Below are positions 38,061-47,515 of a stretch of DNA of 64,000 nt, in pieces. Below the pieces are notes generated by a model that was not told where the DNA came from, ran no database searches, and was given only the letters and a program-made list of their open reading frames with translations. Positions within the stretch are counted from its first letter, which is position 1; the number at the start of each line of letters is the position of its first letter. Source of the DNA: Candidatus Uhrbacteria bacterium. Its GTDB lineage: Bacteria; Patescibacteriota; Patescibacteriia; UBA9934; GWF2-40-263. The position numbers were made by a program, and so were the translations under genes. The stretch covers positions 223 through 64,222 of the forward strand of contig JAAZYG010000023.1 in assembly GCA_014239775.1 (NCBI GenBank), written 5' to 3'.

Positions 38061-38552
38061 ATGAAATATAAGGATTTTGACAAGTTTTATGCCCAAAATA
38101 TTGATCGTATATATAGATACGTCTATTTTAGAGTTGCTCAAAATCATGACATTACCGAGGATAATGTGTCTGAGATATTTATGAAGGCTCTTAAGAATTT
38201 TGAAAAATATGATCCAAAAATTTCAAAATCAGCATGGATATATCAAATAGCACATAATCATTTAAGTAATTACTATAGAGATAAAAAAGATACTGTTAAT
38301 CTAGAAAAAATACAGTTTTATCTTGTTGGAGATGATGGCATGAAGCAGATGGACGATATGTATAGAGATCAAAAGATGTATGAAGCATTGGATAAATTAA
38401 ATGATAATGATAAAGAAGTTGTTACTTTTAAGTACCTTCTCGGGTATACATATGCAGAGATTGGTAAGATTAAGGGAAAAACAACCAGCTCAGTGAAAAT
38501 GGCCAGTCATAGAGCGTTAAAGAAATTAAAAACCCACTTAACCGATTTATAA
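38061..38552 (+). CDS. ECF-type sigma-70 family RNA polymerase sigma factor
   Basis: Region 2 (DRIYRYVYFRV...AWIYQIAHNHLSNYYR) and region 4 (LLGYTYAEIGKIKGKTTSSVKMASHRALKKLK). Confidence 0.7.
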   Translation: MKYKDFDKFYAQNIDRIYRYVYFRVAQNHDITEDNVSEIFMKALKNFEKYDPKISKSAWIYQIAHNHLSNYYRDKKDTVNLEKIQFYLVGDDGMKQMDDMYRDQKMYEALDKLNDNDKEVVTFKYLLGYTYAEIGKIKGKTTSSVKMASHRALKKLKTHLTDL

Positions 38553-38553
38553 T

Positions 38554-39795
38554 ATGTTTGGGATAAATGGAAAACTAAAAAAAATCAAAAAAGATGCTTC
38601 TCCATCCCAAGCTTTTAAGTCATCGCTGCAAAAGCAGCTTAAGTATGAGATGGAGAATAAGTATATGATAAAAGCGTCAATAATTACACGATACGCCACT
38701 GTTGGAATTACTTCACTTGCATTAGTATTTAGTGCTGGTACAGGGGTTTATGCATATGAAAGTCCAGATGTTGTAGAGGGTCATCCTTTGGAGATTGTTA
38801 AAGAATCAATAGAAAAAGTTGAGGAGCATGTTGCTGGTATTAGAAATAGTAAACCAAAATTTCATGCAAAAATGCTAAACAGACGTTTAGCTGAAGCAAA
38901 ACGTCATGAAATGATACCCAACAAGACTCATGGGTTGTTATTAAGAGTTTCAGATGAACTTGGTATAACAATGCAAGAATTAAGAGAGGGAATTAATAAT
39001 GATGAAACACAGCAGGAGTTGATTGATGAATTGGTCGAGGTTAATGAAAAATATGGTTATTTGCTTGATAGATTAATAAATAAAATAAATACAGATGAGC
39101 CAGATTTATTAAAACGTCGAATTCGTTTACATAATGCTGGATTGGGTGATGAGGTTCGTGCGATAAGGGATGAGTTACATGATTCACAGCTTGATAATGA
39201 TGAAAGGCGTGATTTTTTTAGGGAGCGAATGCATGATCTAATGATGCATAATAAAGAGAAAGCAATGAAACTTCGTAATCAGTTAATTGATGAGGGTCTT
39301 GAAATTGATGATGTTAGGCGTAGAATCAGTGATGAGTTTCATCCAGTCATAAGAGATATAGATCTAGAGATTCAAAAATTAAATCCAGATGAATTGGATA
39401 GGAGATTTTTTCATGAATTTACAGTAGAGATGAAAAAAGAAGGACATGAAGATGGTGAGACAGATGATGTTTCAGAAGAGGATAAGAGGATGCATTTACG
39501 AGCTGAGATGAGGCGTAGATTACATAATGCTGGTGGAATTGAAGTATACCCTAGGTTTATTGGGGACCACATAGAAGCTGTCGTGCCAATGCATGAATTT
39601 GAAGCAATTGAAGGAACAAACAATCATGTGGAAATTGGTACAGATCAAATACCTGAATTTATTCCAGGTTTTATATTCGATGAAATACCGGTAGATAGAT
39701 TTAATGATAGAGTTGATATGTATGAGATAGATGTGAGTGAAGACGAAGATTTACCAACAATTAATACTTCTTTAATTGATGAGTTTGATGAATAG
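38554..39795 (+). CDS. Membrane-anchored acidic coiled-coil protein, candidate anti-sigma factor
   Basis: Short cytoplasmic N-terminus, one TM, a large charged domain and an internal RLHNAG repeat. Confidence 0.3.
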   Translation: MFGINGKLKKIKKDASPSQAFKSSLQKQLKYEMENKYMIKASIITRYATVGITSLALVFSAGTGVYAYESPDVVEGHPLEIVKESIEKVEEHVAGIRNSKPKFHAKMLNRRLAEAKRHEMIPNKTHGLLLRVSDELGITMQELREGINNDETQQELIDELVEVNEKYGYLLDRLINKINTDEPDLLKRRIRLHNAGLGDEVRAIRDELHDSQLDNDERRDFFRERMHDLMMHNKEKAMKLRNQLIDEGLEIDDVRRRISDEFHPVIRDIDLEIQKLNPDELDRRFFHEFTVEMKKEGHEDGETDDVSEEDKRMHLRAEMRRRLHNAGGIEVYPRFIGDHIEAVVPMHEFEAIEGTNNHVEIGTDQIPEFIPGFIFDEIPVDRFNDRVDMYEIDVSEDEDLPTINTSLIDEFDE

Positions 39796-39875
39796 GTTAT
39801 TGATTTTAGTCAAGAAATAAAACCTGGGAATTTTCCTGGGTTTTTTGTTATTTGTTGTGTTATACTTACGTTATT

Positions 39876-41255
39876 ATGTTGAAGTTATATAATACACTCA
39901 CAAGAGATAAGGAAGTATTTCGTCCAATTAACAAAGAAAAAGTCGGTTTATATGCATGTGGCCCAACTGTTTATTGGTATGCGCACATTGGAAATATGCG
40001 CTCTTTCATTTTCTCTGATTTGTTACACAGAACATTGAGTTACAATGGATATGAGGTTGATTTTGTAATGAACATAACGGATGTAGGTCATTTAACAGAC
40101 GATGGAGATGATGGTAAAGATAAAATGATCGTAGCCATGCAAAGAGAAGGAAAAACAGCTTTTGAAATTGCAGAATTTTATACAAATTCATTTTTTGACG
40201 ATATAGAGCGGTTGAATATTTTGTCTGCAAATACTTATCCAAAAGCAACAGATCATATTGAAGATCAAATTAAAATGATACAAAAGATTGAAAAGAATGG
40301 TTTTGCGTATAAAACAACTGATGGTGTATATTTTGATACATTTAAACTTAAAGAATACGGAATTTTATCTGGTCAAAAGGCAGAAGAAAAAAAGGCTGGT
40401 GCACGTGTTGACATGAAGGAAAAAAGAAATAATACAGATTTTGCATTGTGGAAATTGTCAGACTCTGAAAGTAAAAGACAGATGGAATGGAACTCTCCTT
40501 GGGGTAAAGGTTTCCCAGGTTGGCATATTGAATGTTCTGCAATGTCAATAAAATATTTAGGGCAATCATTTGATATACATACAGGCGGTATTGACCATGT
40601 TTCTGTGCATCACGAAAATGAACTTGCACAGTCAATGGGTGCAAATTCTGTTTATCATGCACAAATCTGGATGCATAATGAGTTTCTGACTGTAGATAAC
40701 GGAAAAATGAGCAAATCACTTGGTAATTTATTCACTGTAAAAGATCTTATTGATAAGAAATACGATCCTATCGCATTTAGGTATATGGTTTTGGGAGCAC
40801 ATTACAGAACAAAATTAAATTTTACATGGGAGGCTCTTGAGGCGTCTGAGAATGCGCTTTTTAGATTGCAAGATTTGGTGCGTGATTGGGATAAGCCAGG
40901 TGTAGATACTTGTAAGGAATTAGAAGATGAGTTTATGGATGCAATAAACAATGATCTTGATACACCAAAAACATTGGCTATAGTTTGGAAGTTGATTGAT
41001 TCCGATTTTTCATCAAGTGAGAAGGCTGGTACTTTGCTAAAGTTTAATAGTATATTAGGATTAAGCCTTGAAAACTATATAGCAAAACCTTTATTTGTTT
41101 CAGAAGAAGTTAATGTATTGATTAAACAAAGGGCATTAGTAAGAAAGGAAAAAGATTGGAAAAAATCTGATTTAATACGAAATCAAATTGAGAAACTTGG
41201 TTATTTGGTAGAGGATATGGAGGATAGGCAAAAATTGATAGAAATACGAAAGTAA
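39876..41255 (+). CDS. cysS: Cysteine--tRNA ligase
   Basis: MLKLYNTLTR, CGPTVYWYAHIGN (HIGH) and KMSKSLGN (KMSKS). Confidence 0.9.
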   Translation: MLKLYNTLTRDKEVFRPINKEKVGLYACGPTVYWYAHIGNMRSFIFSDLLHRTLSYNGYEVDFVMNITDVGHLTDDGDDGKDKMIVAMQREGKTAFEIAEFYTNSFFDDIERLNILSANTYPKATDHIEDQIKMIQKIEKNGFAYKTTDGVYFDTFKLKEYGILSGQKAEEKKAGARVDMKEKRNNTDFALWKLSDSESKRQMEWNSPWGKGFPGWHIECSAMSIKYLGQSFDIHTGGIDHVSVHHENELAQSMGANSVYHAQIWMHNEFLTVDNGKMSKSLGNLFTVKDLIDKKYDPIAFRYMVLGAHYRTKLNFTWEALEASENALFRLQDLVRDWDKPGVDTCKELEDEFMDAINNDLDTPKTLAIVWKLIDSDFSSSEKAGTLLKFNSILGLSLENYIAKPLFVSEEVNVLIKQRALVRKEKDWKKSDLIRNQIEKLGYLVEDMEDRQKLIEIRK

Positions 41256-41282
41256 ATAGCGGGTTATCCCCGCTATTTTTTA
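41256..41282 (+). terminator. Rho-independent terminator
   Basis: atagcggg-ttat-cccgctat hairpin followed by a T7 run. Confidence 0.6.
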
Positions 41283-41310
41283 TGTGTTGTGGTAAAATAT
41301 AAGTAGGCTT

Positions 41311-41841
41311 ATGCCAAAAGATAAATCAATTGATGCTAAAAAAACTCCTGAAAAACAGGGGGAGATTAAAGCGTTTGAAAAAAAAGATAAATCAATTGTT
41401 CAGGAAGTTTCTGCTGAGAAAATTAGTGTACCTGAAAAAAAAATAGATATTCATAAAGAAGATGAAAATCCTAAATTAGATAATGAGGATGTTGTTTCAA
41501 AAAAAAGATCAGAACCTGTCACAACTCCAGATGTTGTACAAGTAAATAACATCGACGATAACCAGATCAAAAAAAGAATAGAAGGTATTTTAGAGGAGGA
41601 TCTTTCTGATTTTTATGCATCATTATCACCAGATAAACAGATACAATTTAGGTTAAAGGGTGAGGAGACACTTTTAAAAATAATGGCGGTAGTCTCAAAA
41701 ACACGTGTCAATGCACGAAAAATTTTTAAATTAATAAAAGTTTGGTTAAAAACAATACCAGGTGTTAATCGTTTCTTTTTAGAGCAGGAGGCAAAAATAA
41801 AAACAGATAAGATTTTGCATGTTAAAGATATAGATGATTAA
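41311..41841 (+). CDS. Hypothetical Lys/Glu-rich protein
   Basis: 176-aa ORF. Confidence 0.4.
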   Translation: MPKDKSIDAKKTPEKQGEIKAFEKKDKSIVQEVSAEKISVPEKKIDIHKEDENPKLDNEDVVSKKRSEPVTTPDVVQVNNIDDNQIKKRIEGILEEDLSDFYASLSPDKQIQFRLKGEETLLKIMAVVSKTRVNARKIFKLIKVWLKTIPGVNRFFLEQEAKIKTDKILHVKDIDD

Positions 41842-41862
41842 CACTGTAAATAGATCAAAAAT

Positions 41863-44418
41863 GTGACTATATTTCAATTTGGTTTGCAAGTAGAAGCTCA
41901 AGCAGCCCAGGTAATGCCTAGGAGTGATTTGTATTACTCGACTCTTATTGGAAAAGGAATGTTTGTGTTAGTTATTGTTGTGGCCTTGTTATTTATTGCA
42001 CGTTTTTTTATGAAGCGTGCTGCAATTGCAAGACAATCTATTTTTAATACAAAAACAATACTAATCACATTACCTAAGTTTAAGAGAGAAGAAGATGCAC
42101 ATGGTGGAGGAAATAAGGAACAGGTCATTGACACAATTGCATCTGCTGAAACTTTTTTTGCATCAGTGGCAGGTTTAAAGGCTCAGAGAGGGTTTCATGC
42201 ATGGTTTTTTGGTAGATACGATGAATTGTCTTTTGAGATAGTTGTTGAAAAGAAAGTTATTAAGTTTTACATAAATACACCAAATCATTTAAAGGAACAT
42301 GTAGAACAGCAGTTATCCGCCTCATATCCTGATGCTTATTTTGAGGAGGTAGAAGATTATAATTTATTTGAACCAGATAGTGTAATTGTTGGTAGTTACA
42401 TGGTGTTTAGGAGGGATAGTGCTTTTCCAATTAAAACATATCGTAAATTAGATAAAGATCCATTAAATGCATTAACAAATATTTTATCAAAAGTACCAGA
42501 TACTGAAGGTGCTGTATTTCAGTTTGTGATTCGTTCATCATATGCAAAGTGGCGTAAAAAAGGTATAGCAGTTGCGTCTAGAATGCAGCAAGGTATGAGT
42601 ATGAATGAGGCATTAAAGGGTGGTAAAAAAAGCAAAAATAATTTAGCTGAGTTGGCTGGTTTGGGTTCTGATAAGGCTCGTGAGCCAGAAAAAGAGTATA
42701 GATTATCACCTCAAGAAGAAGAAGTTGTTAAGGGTTTACAGGAAAAAGCTAGTAAAGGTGGTTTAGATGTTTGTATTAGGTTGGTTGTTTCTGGAAAAAA
42801 TGCAACAACAGCAAAAGCTACCATGCAAAATATGTTAAATGCATTTGCACAGTATAATATTTATGAATATGGCAATTCGTTTGTAAAAGTTGTACCTAAG
42901 TATAAAAAAAGGCTTATAAAGCAATTTATACACAGAGACTTAGATGACAAGCAAACAATAGTAATGAACGCAGAAGAGATGGCTAGTATGTGGCATTTGC
43001 CTACACCATGGACAGAAACACCAAACATAAAATGGTTAGGTGCAAGAAAAGGTTCTGCACCATCAAACGTACCTGGTCCAGAGGATGGTGATATAGAGAT
43101 TGGTTTCAATACTTATAGAGGAATTAAAACACCGGTATGGATGAAGTCAATTGATAGAACCAGACATATGTATGTTGTTGGTAAGTCTGGTTCTGGTAAG
43201 TCTCAATTAATAGCAAAACTAGCAATTCAAGACATAAAAGCAGGTCGTGGAGTCGCTGTTGTTGAACCTCATGGAGATTTGATAGAGCAAATATTGGGTA
43301 ATATACCAAAAGATCGTATTGACGATGTCGTTCATTTTAATCCGTCAGATTTAGAGCGTCCAATGGGTTTGAACATGCTAGAGACAAAAGATGAGTCAAT
43401 GAAAGATTTTGCAGTACAAGAAATGATTTCTATATTTTATAAATTATTTCCACCTGAGATGATTGGTCCAATGTTTGAGCATAACATGAGAAATGTGATG
43501 CTAACTTTGATGGCTGATCCAAAGATTTCTGGAACAATTGCTGAGATTCCAAGGATGTTTTCTGATGAAGATTTTCAGAAAAAATGGGTAGCAAAAGTTA
43601 AGGATCCTGTTGTTCGTTCGTTTTGGGAGGATGAGATGGCTAAAACAAGTGATTTTCACAAATCAGAAATGCTTGGTTATTTAATTTCAAAGGTTGGTAG
43701 GTTTGTTGAGAATGAAATGATGCGTAATATTATTGGACAACCAAAATCAGCTTTTGATTTTAGAGAAATAATGGATAATAAAAAAATATTGCTTGTTAAT
43801 CTATCAAAGGGGAAAACAGGTGATGTTAATGCTGAGCTTCTTGGTTTGATTATAGTTTCCAAGTTGCAGATGGCAGCATTGGCAAGGGCTGATATGCCAG
43901 AAGATCAACGACATGATTTTTATCTTTATATTGATGAGTTTCAAAACTTTATCACAGATTCAATTGCAACAATTTTATCTGAGGCACGTAAATATCGTTT
44001 AAATTTAATAATCGCCCACCAGTATATAGGGCAGTTAGTAAAAAATAATGACACACAAATAAAGGATGCGGTATTTGGAAACGTGGGTACTACTTTTGTG
44101 GCTCGAATAGGTCCAGAAGATGTTGATACATTAGAAAAAGTTTATTCGCCATATTTTTCTGGTTATGACTTAATCAACTCAGATAAGTTTACTTGGTATT
44201 TGAAGATGATTGTTGGAAATGCTCAGTTAAAACCTTTTACATTAAATTTTAATCCTCCACCAAGTGGGAAAACAGAACTTGCTAATGCAATCAAGGAGTT
44301 GTCTAGATTAAAGTATGGAAAAAGTAGAGAGGTCGTATCAGCTGATATTTTAGAAAGAACTCAATTAGGGGCATCTTCCGGTGGACAACCTCCTGCCATA
44401 GGTGAGGGTGGTTTATGA
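41863..44418 (+). CDS. FtsK/HerA-superfamily P-loop ATPase, VirB4/TraC-like (or VirD4-like), N-terminal TM
   Basis: Walker A VVGKSGSGKS near residue 437, Walker B YLYIDEFQNF near residue 680 and EARKYRLNLIIAHQ. Confidence 0.5.
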   Translation: MTIFQFGLQVEAQAAQVMPRSDLYYSTLIGKGMFVLVIVVALLFIARFFMKRAAIARQSIFNTKTILITLPKFKREEDAHGGGNKEQVIDTIASAETFFASVAGLKAQRGFHAWFFGRYDELSFEIVVEKKVIKFYINTPNHLKEHVEQQLSASYPDAYFEEVEDYNLFEPDSVIVGSYMVFRRDSAFPIKTYRKLDKDPLNALTNILSKVPDTEGAVFQFVIRSSYAKWRKKGIAVASRMQQGMSMNEALKGGKKSKNNLAELAGLGSDKAREPEKEYRLSPQEEEVVKGLQEKASKGGLDVCIRLVVSGKNATTAKATMQNMLNAFAQYNIYEYGNSFVKVVPKYKKRLIKQFIHRDLDDKQTIVMNAEEMASMWHLPTPWTETPNIKWLGARKGSAPSNVPGPEDGDIEIGFNTYRGIKTPVWMKSIDRTRHMYVVGKSGSGKSQLIAKLAIQDIKAGRGVAVVEPHGDLIEQILGNIPKDRIDDVVHFNPSDLERPMGLNMLETKDESMKDFAVQEMISIFYKLFPPEMIGPMFEHNMRNVMLTLMADPKISGTIAEIPRMFSDEDFQKKWVAKVKDPVVRSFWEDEMAKTSDFHKSEMLGYLISKVGRFVENEMMRNIIGQPKSAFDFREIMDNKKILLVNLSKGKTGDVNAELLGLIIVSKLQMAALARADMPEDQRHDFYLYIDEFQNFITDSIATILSEARKYRLNLIIAHQYIGQLVKNNDTQIKDAVFGNVGTTFVARIGPEDVDTLEKVYSPYFSGYDLINSDKFTWYLKMIVGNAQLKPFTLNFNPPPSGKTELANAIKELSRLKYGKSREVVSADILERTQLGASSGGQPPAIGEGGL

Positions 44419-44430
44419 TAAAATCTATTT

Positions 44431-45054
44431 ATGAACTTTGAAGAAATAAACAATGAATTGAATTTTGAGCCAGAACCAGATGTGGAATTACATGCAGATC
44501 ATATTGAGCACAAAGACGCTAGAGAGCATTTGGCTTTACAGATGCTTAAGCAGGTTAAAGATAGTCTTACGCATGTAATACATTTATTGGAGGAAGGTGA
44601 TCAAGCAAGGGCAACTAGGCATATGGTTGATTTGGTTACTTCAAAAAAGAATTTAGAAAAAGAACTTGAAAGATCTACAGGATCTGTGGTTCTTGAAGGT
44701 GTGTTTGATGGTGTGTGTATGGTTGGGTCAGATGGTGTGAGATATGATGTATCAGAGAACTATGCATCAAAGTCAAAGTTGATTGAAGGTGATGTTTTAA
44801 AACTGACCATTAAAACTGATGGTGGATATTTATATAAGCAGATAAATCCTACGGATCGTATGAGAATGGTTGGTAAATTAGCAATAGATGATGTGTCAAA
44901 AAATTCTGTAGTTTGTTGTGGAGAACAGGTTTTTAGAGTCTTGGATTCATCTGTTAAATATTACAAGGGAACACCTGGTGATGAGGTTGTTGTGTTGGTT
45001 CCAAGAAGTGGAGGATCTACTTGGGCAGCTGTAGAAAATATAGTAAGATCCTAA
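44431..45054 (+). CDS. Hypothetical protein
   Basis: 207-aa ORF; its stop precedes the dnaX ATG by 2 nt. Confidence 0.4.
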   Translation: MNFEEINNELNFEPEPDVELHADHIEHKDAREHLALQMLKQVKDSLTHVIHLLEEGDQARATRHMVDLVTSKKNLEKELERSTGSVVLEGVFDGVCMVGSDGVRYDVSENYASKSKLIEGDVLKLTIKTDGGYLYKQINPTDRMRMVGKLAIDDVSKNSVVCCGEQVFRVLDSSVKYYKGTPGDEVVVLVPRSGGSTWAAVENIVRS

Positions 45055-45056
45055 TC

Positions 45057-46613
45057 ATGGCAGAAGTAATTTATAGAAAATATCGTCCAATCAAGTTTTG
45101 TGATGTGATTGGACAAGATCACGTGGTAAATACCATACAAAACCAGTTTTCAGCTGGTTCTATTAGTCATGCATATTTATTTACTGGTCCACGTGGAATT
45201 GGAAAAACAACAACAGCAAGGCTATTGGCAAGATTGGTGAACTGTAAGAATGTTAAGGAGAATGAGCCTTGTAATGAGTGCGATGTGTGCGTACAAATAA
45301 TAAATGGCACAGCGTTAGATATTTATGAGATTGATGCCGCTTCACATACAGATGTAGAGCATATTCGCGAAAATATAATAAAAGGCGTTAGGTTTGCACC
45401 AAATCAATTAAATAAAAAAGTTTATATAATTGACGAGGTTCACATGCTGTCTATCTCAGCTTTTAACGCACTACTAAAAACATTAGAGGAACCACCGGGA
45501 CATGCCTTGTTTGTTCTTGCTACAACAGAAATACATAAAATACCAGATACGATAATTAGTAGATGTCAGAGGTTTGATTTTAGACGAATTTCAGCTGAAA
45601 AATTAGTTGAAAGGTTGAACATGATTGCAGTAGCAGAAGGTGTTGAGGTTGATGTTGATGTTTTAGAAAGTGTGGTTAGGCATAGTGGTGGTTGTGCTCG
45701 TGATGCAGAGAGCTTGTTTGGTCAGTTATTGGCACTTGGTGAATCAAAGATAACACTTACAAACGCTTCAATAGTATTACCAGCAACCAATGTTATTATT
45801 ATTAAGGAATTTATCGGTGCATTGGTTAAAAGAGATGCACAACAAGCTATTGAGTTTTTAAATGGATACATAGAACAGGGTGTAGATTTACAAAATTTTA
45901 TTGACGAGACTATTTATTGGTTGCGAGATCAAATGATTTTAGCTGTTACGGGTAATGCATCTGATCTAGGTTTGGATTTAATAAAAAGAACAATAGAGTC
46001 ATTTTTAAGTATAAGAGGGAATTTAAAAAATGATTTCATACCTCAGTTATCAATTGAGTTAGAAATTATTAAATTATGTAATCTTATTACTGAGGAATCT
46101 AAATTAATTGATGATGTAAAAAAAAAACCTGAAAATATAAATGATGCTGAGGGTTTTAAAAAAAGGGAGGTTGATTTGATTTGTGAAAAAAAAAATGAAA
46201 ATATTTTAATAAAAACGGAAAATATTGCTGCAGACCATGTTTCAGAAATGGTTTCATCTGTTTTTGAAACTGAAAAAAAGGTATTCGATACTATACCTGT
46301 TATTGACATAGATGAAGTTAAGAATAAATGGCCAAAGGTTTTTAAGCAAATAAAGGCTTGTAATGCCTCATTGCCGCTTTTTATGCAGACATGTGAAATA
46401 TCAGGTGTGTCAGAAGGGTGTGTTGAGTTAGGTTTTAAATATGATTTATATGTTGATGCAATTAATAAAGATAAAAACCGTAAATTAATTGAGTCAGTAT
46501 TAAAGGATGTAATTGGAAAAGATATTAAGGTTAGGGCAATAAAAACAAAAGCAGTACAGGAATCTGAGTCCTTGAATGAGTTAGCAAAGGAGTTTGGTGG
46601 TTCTGTTGTATAA
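45057..46613 (+). CDS. dnaX: DNA polymerase III subunit gamma/tau
   Basis: GPRGIGKTTTARLLA, a CNEC-type Zn module and IIDEVHMLS. Confidence 0.85.
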   Translation: MAEVIYRKYRPIKFCDVIGQDHVVNTIQNQFSAGSISHAYLFTGPRGIGKTTTARLLARLVNCKNVKENEPCNECDVCVQIINGTALDIYEIDAASHTDVEHIRENIIKGVRFAPNQLNKKVYIIDEVHMLSISAFNALLKTLEEPPGHALFVLATTEIHKIPDTIISRCQRFDFRRISAEKLVERLNMIAVAEGVEVDVDVLESVVRHSGGCARDAESLFGQLLALGESKITLTNASIVLPATNVIIIKEFIGALVKRDAQQAIEFLNGYIEQGVDLQNFIDETIYWLRDQMILAVTGNASDLGLDLIKRTIESFLSIRGNLKNDFIPQLSIELEIIKLCNLITEESKLIDDVKKKPENINDAEGFKKREVDLICEKKNENILIKTENIAADHVSEMVSSVFETEKKVFDTIPVIDIDEVKNKWPKVFKQIKACNASLPLFMQTCEISGVSEGCVELGFKYDLYVDAINKDKNRKLIESVLKDVIGKDIKVRAIKTKAVQESESLNELAKEFGGSVV

Positions 46614-46619
46614 AAAAAC

Positions 46620-46640
46620 GACCATAGTATTGGTCGAATA
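46620..46640 (-). terminator. Terminator of zinc-ribbon gene
   Basis: cgacca-tagtat-tggtcg hairpin; U7 on the minus transcript. Confidence 0.45.
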
Positions 46641-46652
46641 AGTACCTAAGTA

Positions 46653-46823
46653 TTAGGCGGTATGTGGTTTTGAGGCTAAGGCTTGTTTTTTAGACATTTT
46701 CATCTGCTCAATTTCACGTTTCATCTTGTCGCCACAAGTATTGCAGAGACCATGAGAAATATTAAGTTTTTCATTTCTGTCTCCTGTTAAATGTTTGTCA
46801 CACCAAGCACAAACTATTCGCAT
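46653..46823 (-). CDS. 56-aa zinc-ribbon protein (CxxC-17-CxxC): MRIVCAWCDKHLTGDRNEKLNISHGLCNTCGDKMKREIEQMKMSKKQALASKPHTA
   Basis: GGAGG SD 6 nt upstream and a hairpin terminator downstream; below the track cutoff. Confidence 0.45.
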   Translation of the reverse strand: MRIVCAWCDKHLTGDRNEKLNISHGLCNTCGDKMKREIEQMKMSKKQALASKPHTA

Positions 46824-46938
46824 AGACACCTCCTTAAATAAATGTGCTGCGGGATTTTAACATGAACACTAAAGATGGTCAACTGTTGATAAGTTAGAAT
46901 TATAAAAACCACCAAAATAAAGGGTGTTTTTTAGTAAC

Positions 46939-47289
46939 TTAATGTTCCTTTTTGAATGAAACTTTGAATACAGGGTACCAAGTATTGTCATAATCATCTG
47001 TTATTTCAACAGTTTGATTATTTGTATACATGTTAAGTGCTATATCTGATAAGAGTTCTTGATCGGTTGCAATGTCTATTTTTAAATCATCTAATTCCAT
47101 AAATTCTGCCGTAGATGCTCTTATGTCTTGTTCTATTGATTTCTTTTCTTCACGTAGCACTTTTATTTCTTCTATAATTTCACTGTGTCGTGGATTATGT
47201 GCAAGTTCGTCTTTTAGCATTTTTCCAATTTCTCTTTTTCTCTGTGTGCTCTTTTCTAATCTTTTATAAACTTCTTCAAGTTTTGCCAT
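46939..47289 (-). CDS. Hypothetical coiled-coil protein (116 aa)
   Basis: ORF preceded on the minus strand by an extended -10 (TGATATAAT). Confidence 0.4.
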   Translation of the reverse strand: MAKLEEVYKRLEKSTQRKREIGKMLKDELAHNPRHSEIIEEIKVLREEKKSIEQDIRASTAEFMELDDLKIDIATDQELLSDIALNMYTNNQTVEITDDYDNTWYPVFKVSFKKEH

Positions 47290-47358
47290 ATTTTGATGTG
47301 TGTATATTAATGATGCACAAAATTATATCATAAATAAGTTAGTGGTACAGTTGTAAAA

Positions 47359-47390
47359 AAAGAAACGATGCTTTAGCATCGTTTCTTTTT
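47359..47390 (-). terminator. Hairpin terminator downstream of tRNA-Gln
   Basis: agaaacgatgc...gcatcgtttct stem with T runs on both strands. Confidence 0.55.
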
Positions 47391-47464
47391 TGGTTCCCGG
47401 ACAGGGATTCGAACCCCGATTCCTTGGACCAGAACCAAGTGTCCTGCCATTAGACTATCCGGGA
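47391..47464 (-). tRNA. tRNA-Gln (anticodon CUG), CCA encoded
   Basis: Reverse complement TCCCGGATAGTCTAATGGCAGGACACTTGGTTCTGGTCCAAGG...GGTTCGAATCCCTGTCCGGGAACCA is near-identical in backbone to the UUG isoacceptor. Confidence 0.88.
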
Positions 47465-47515
47465 ATGTGTGTTATTTGCGTCGGAAATATAACATTATTA
47501 CATTGTCTGGTCAAT

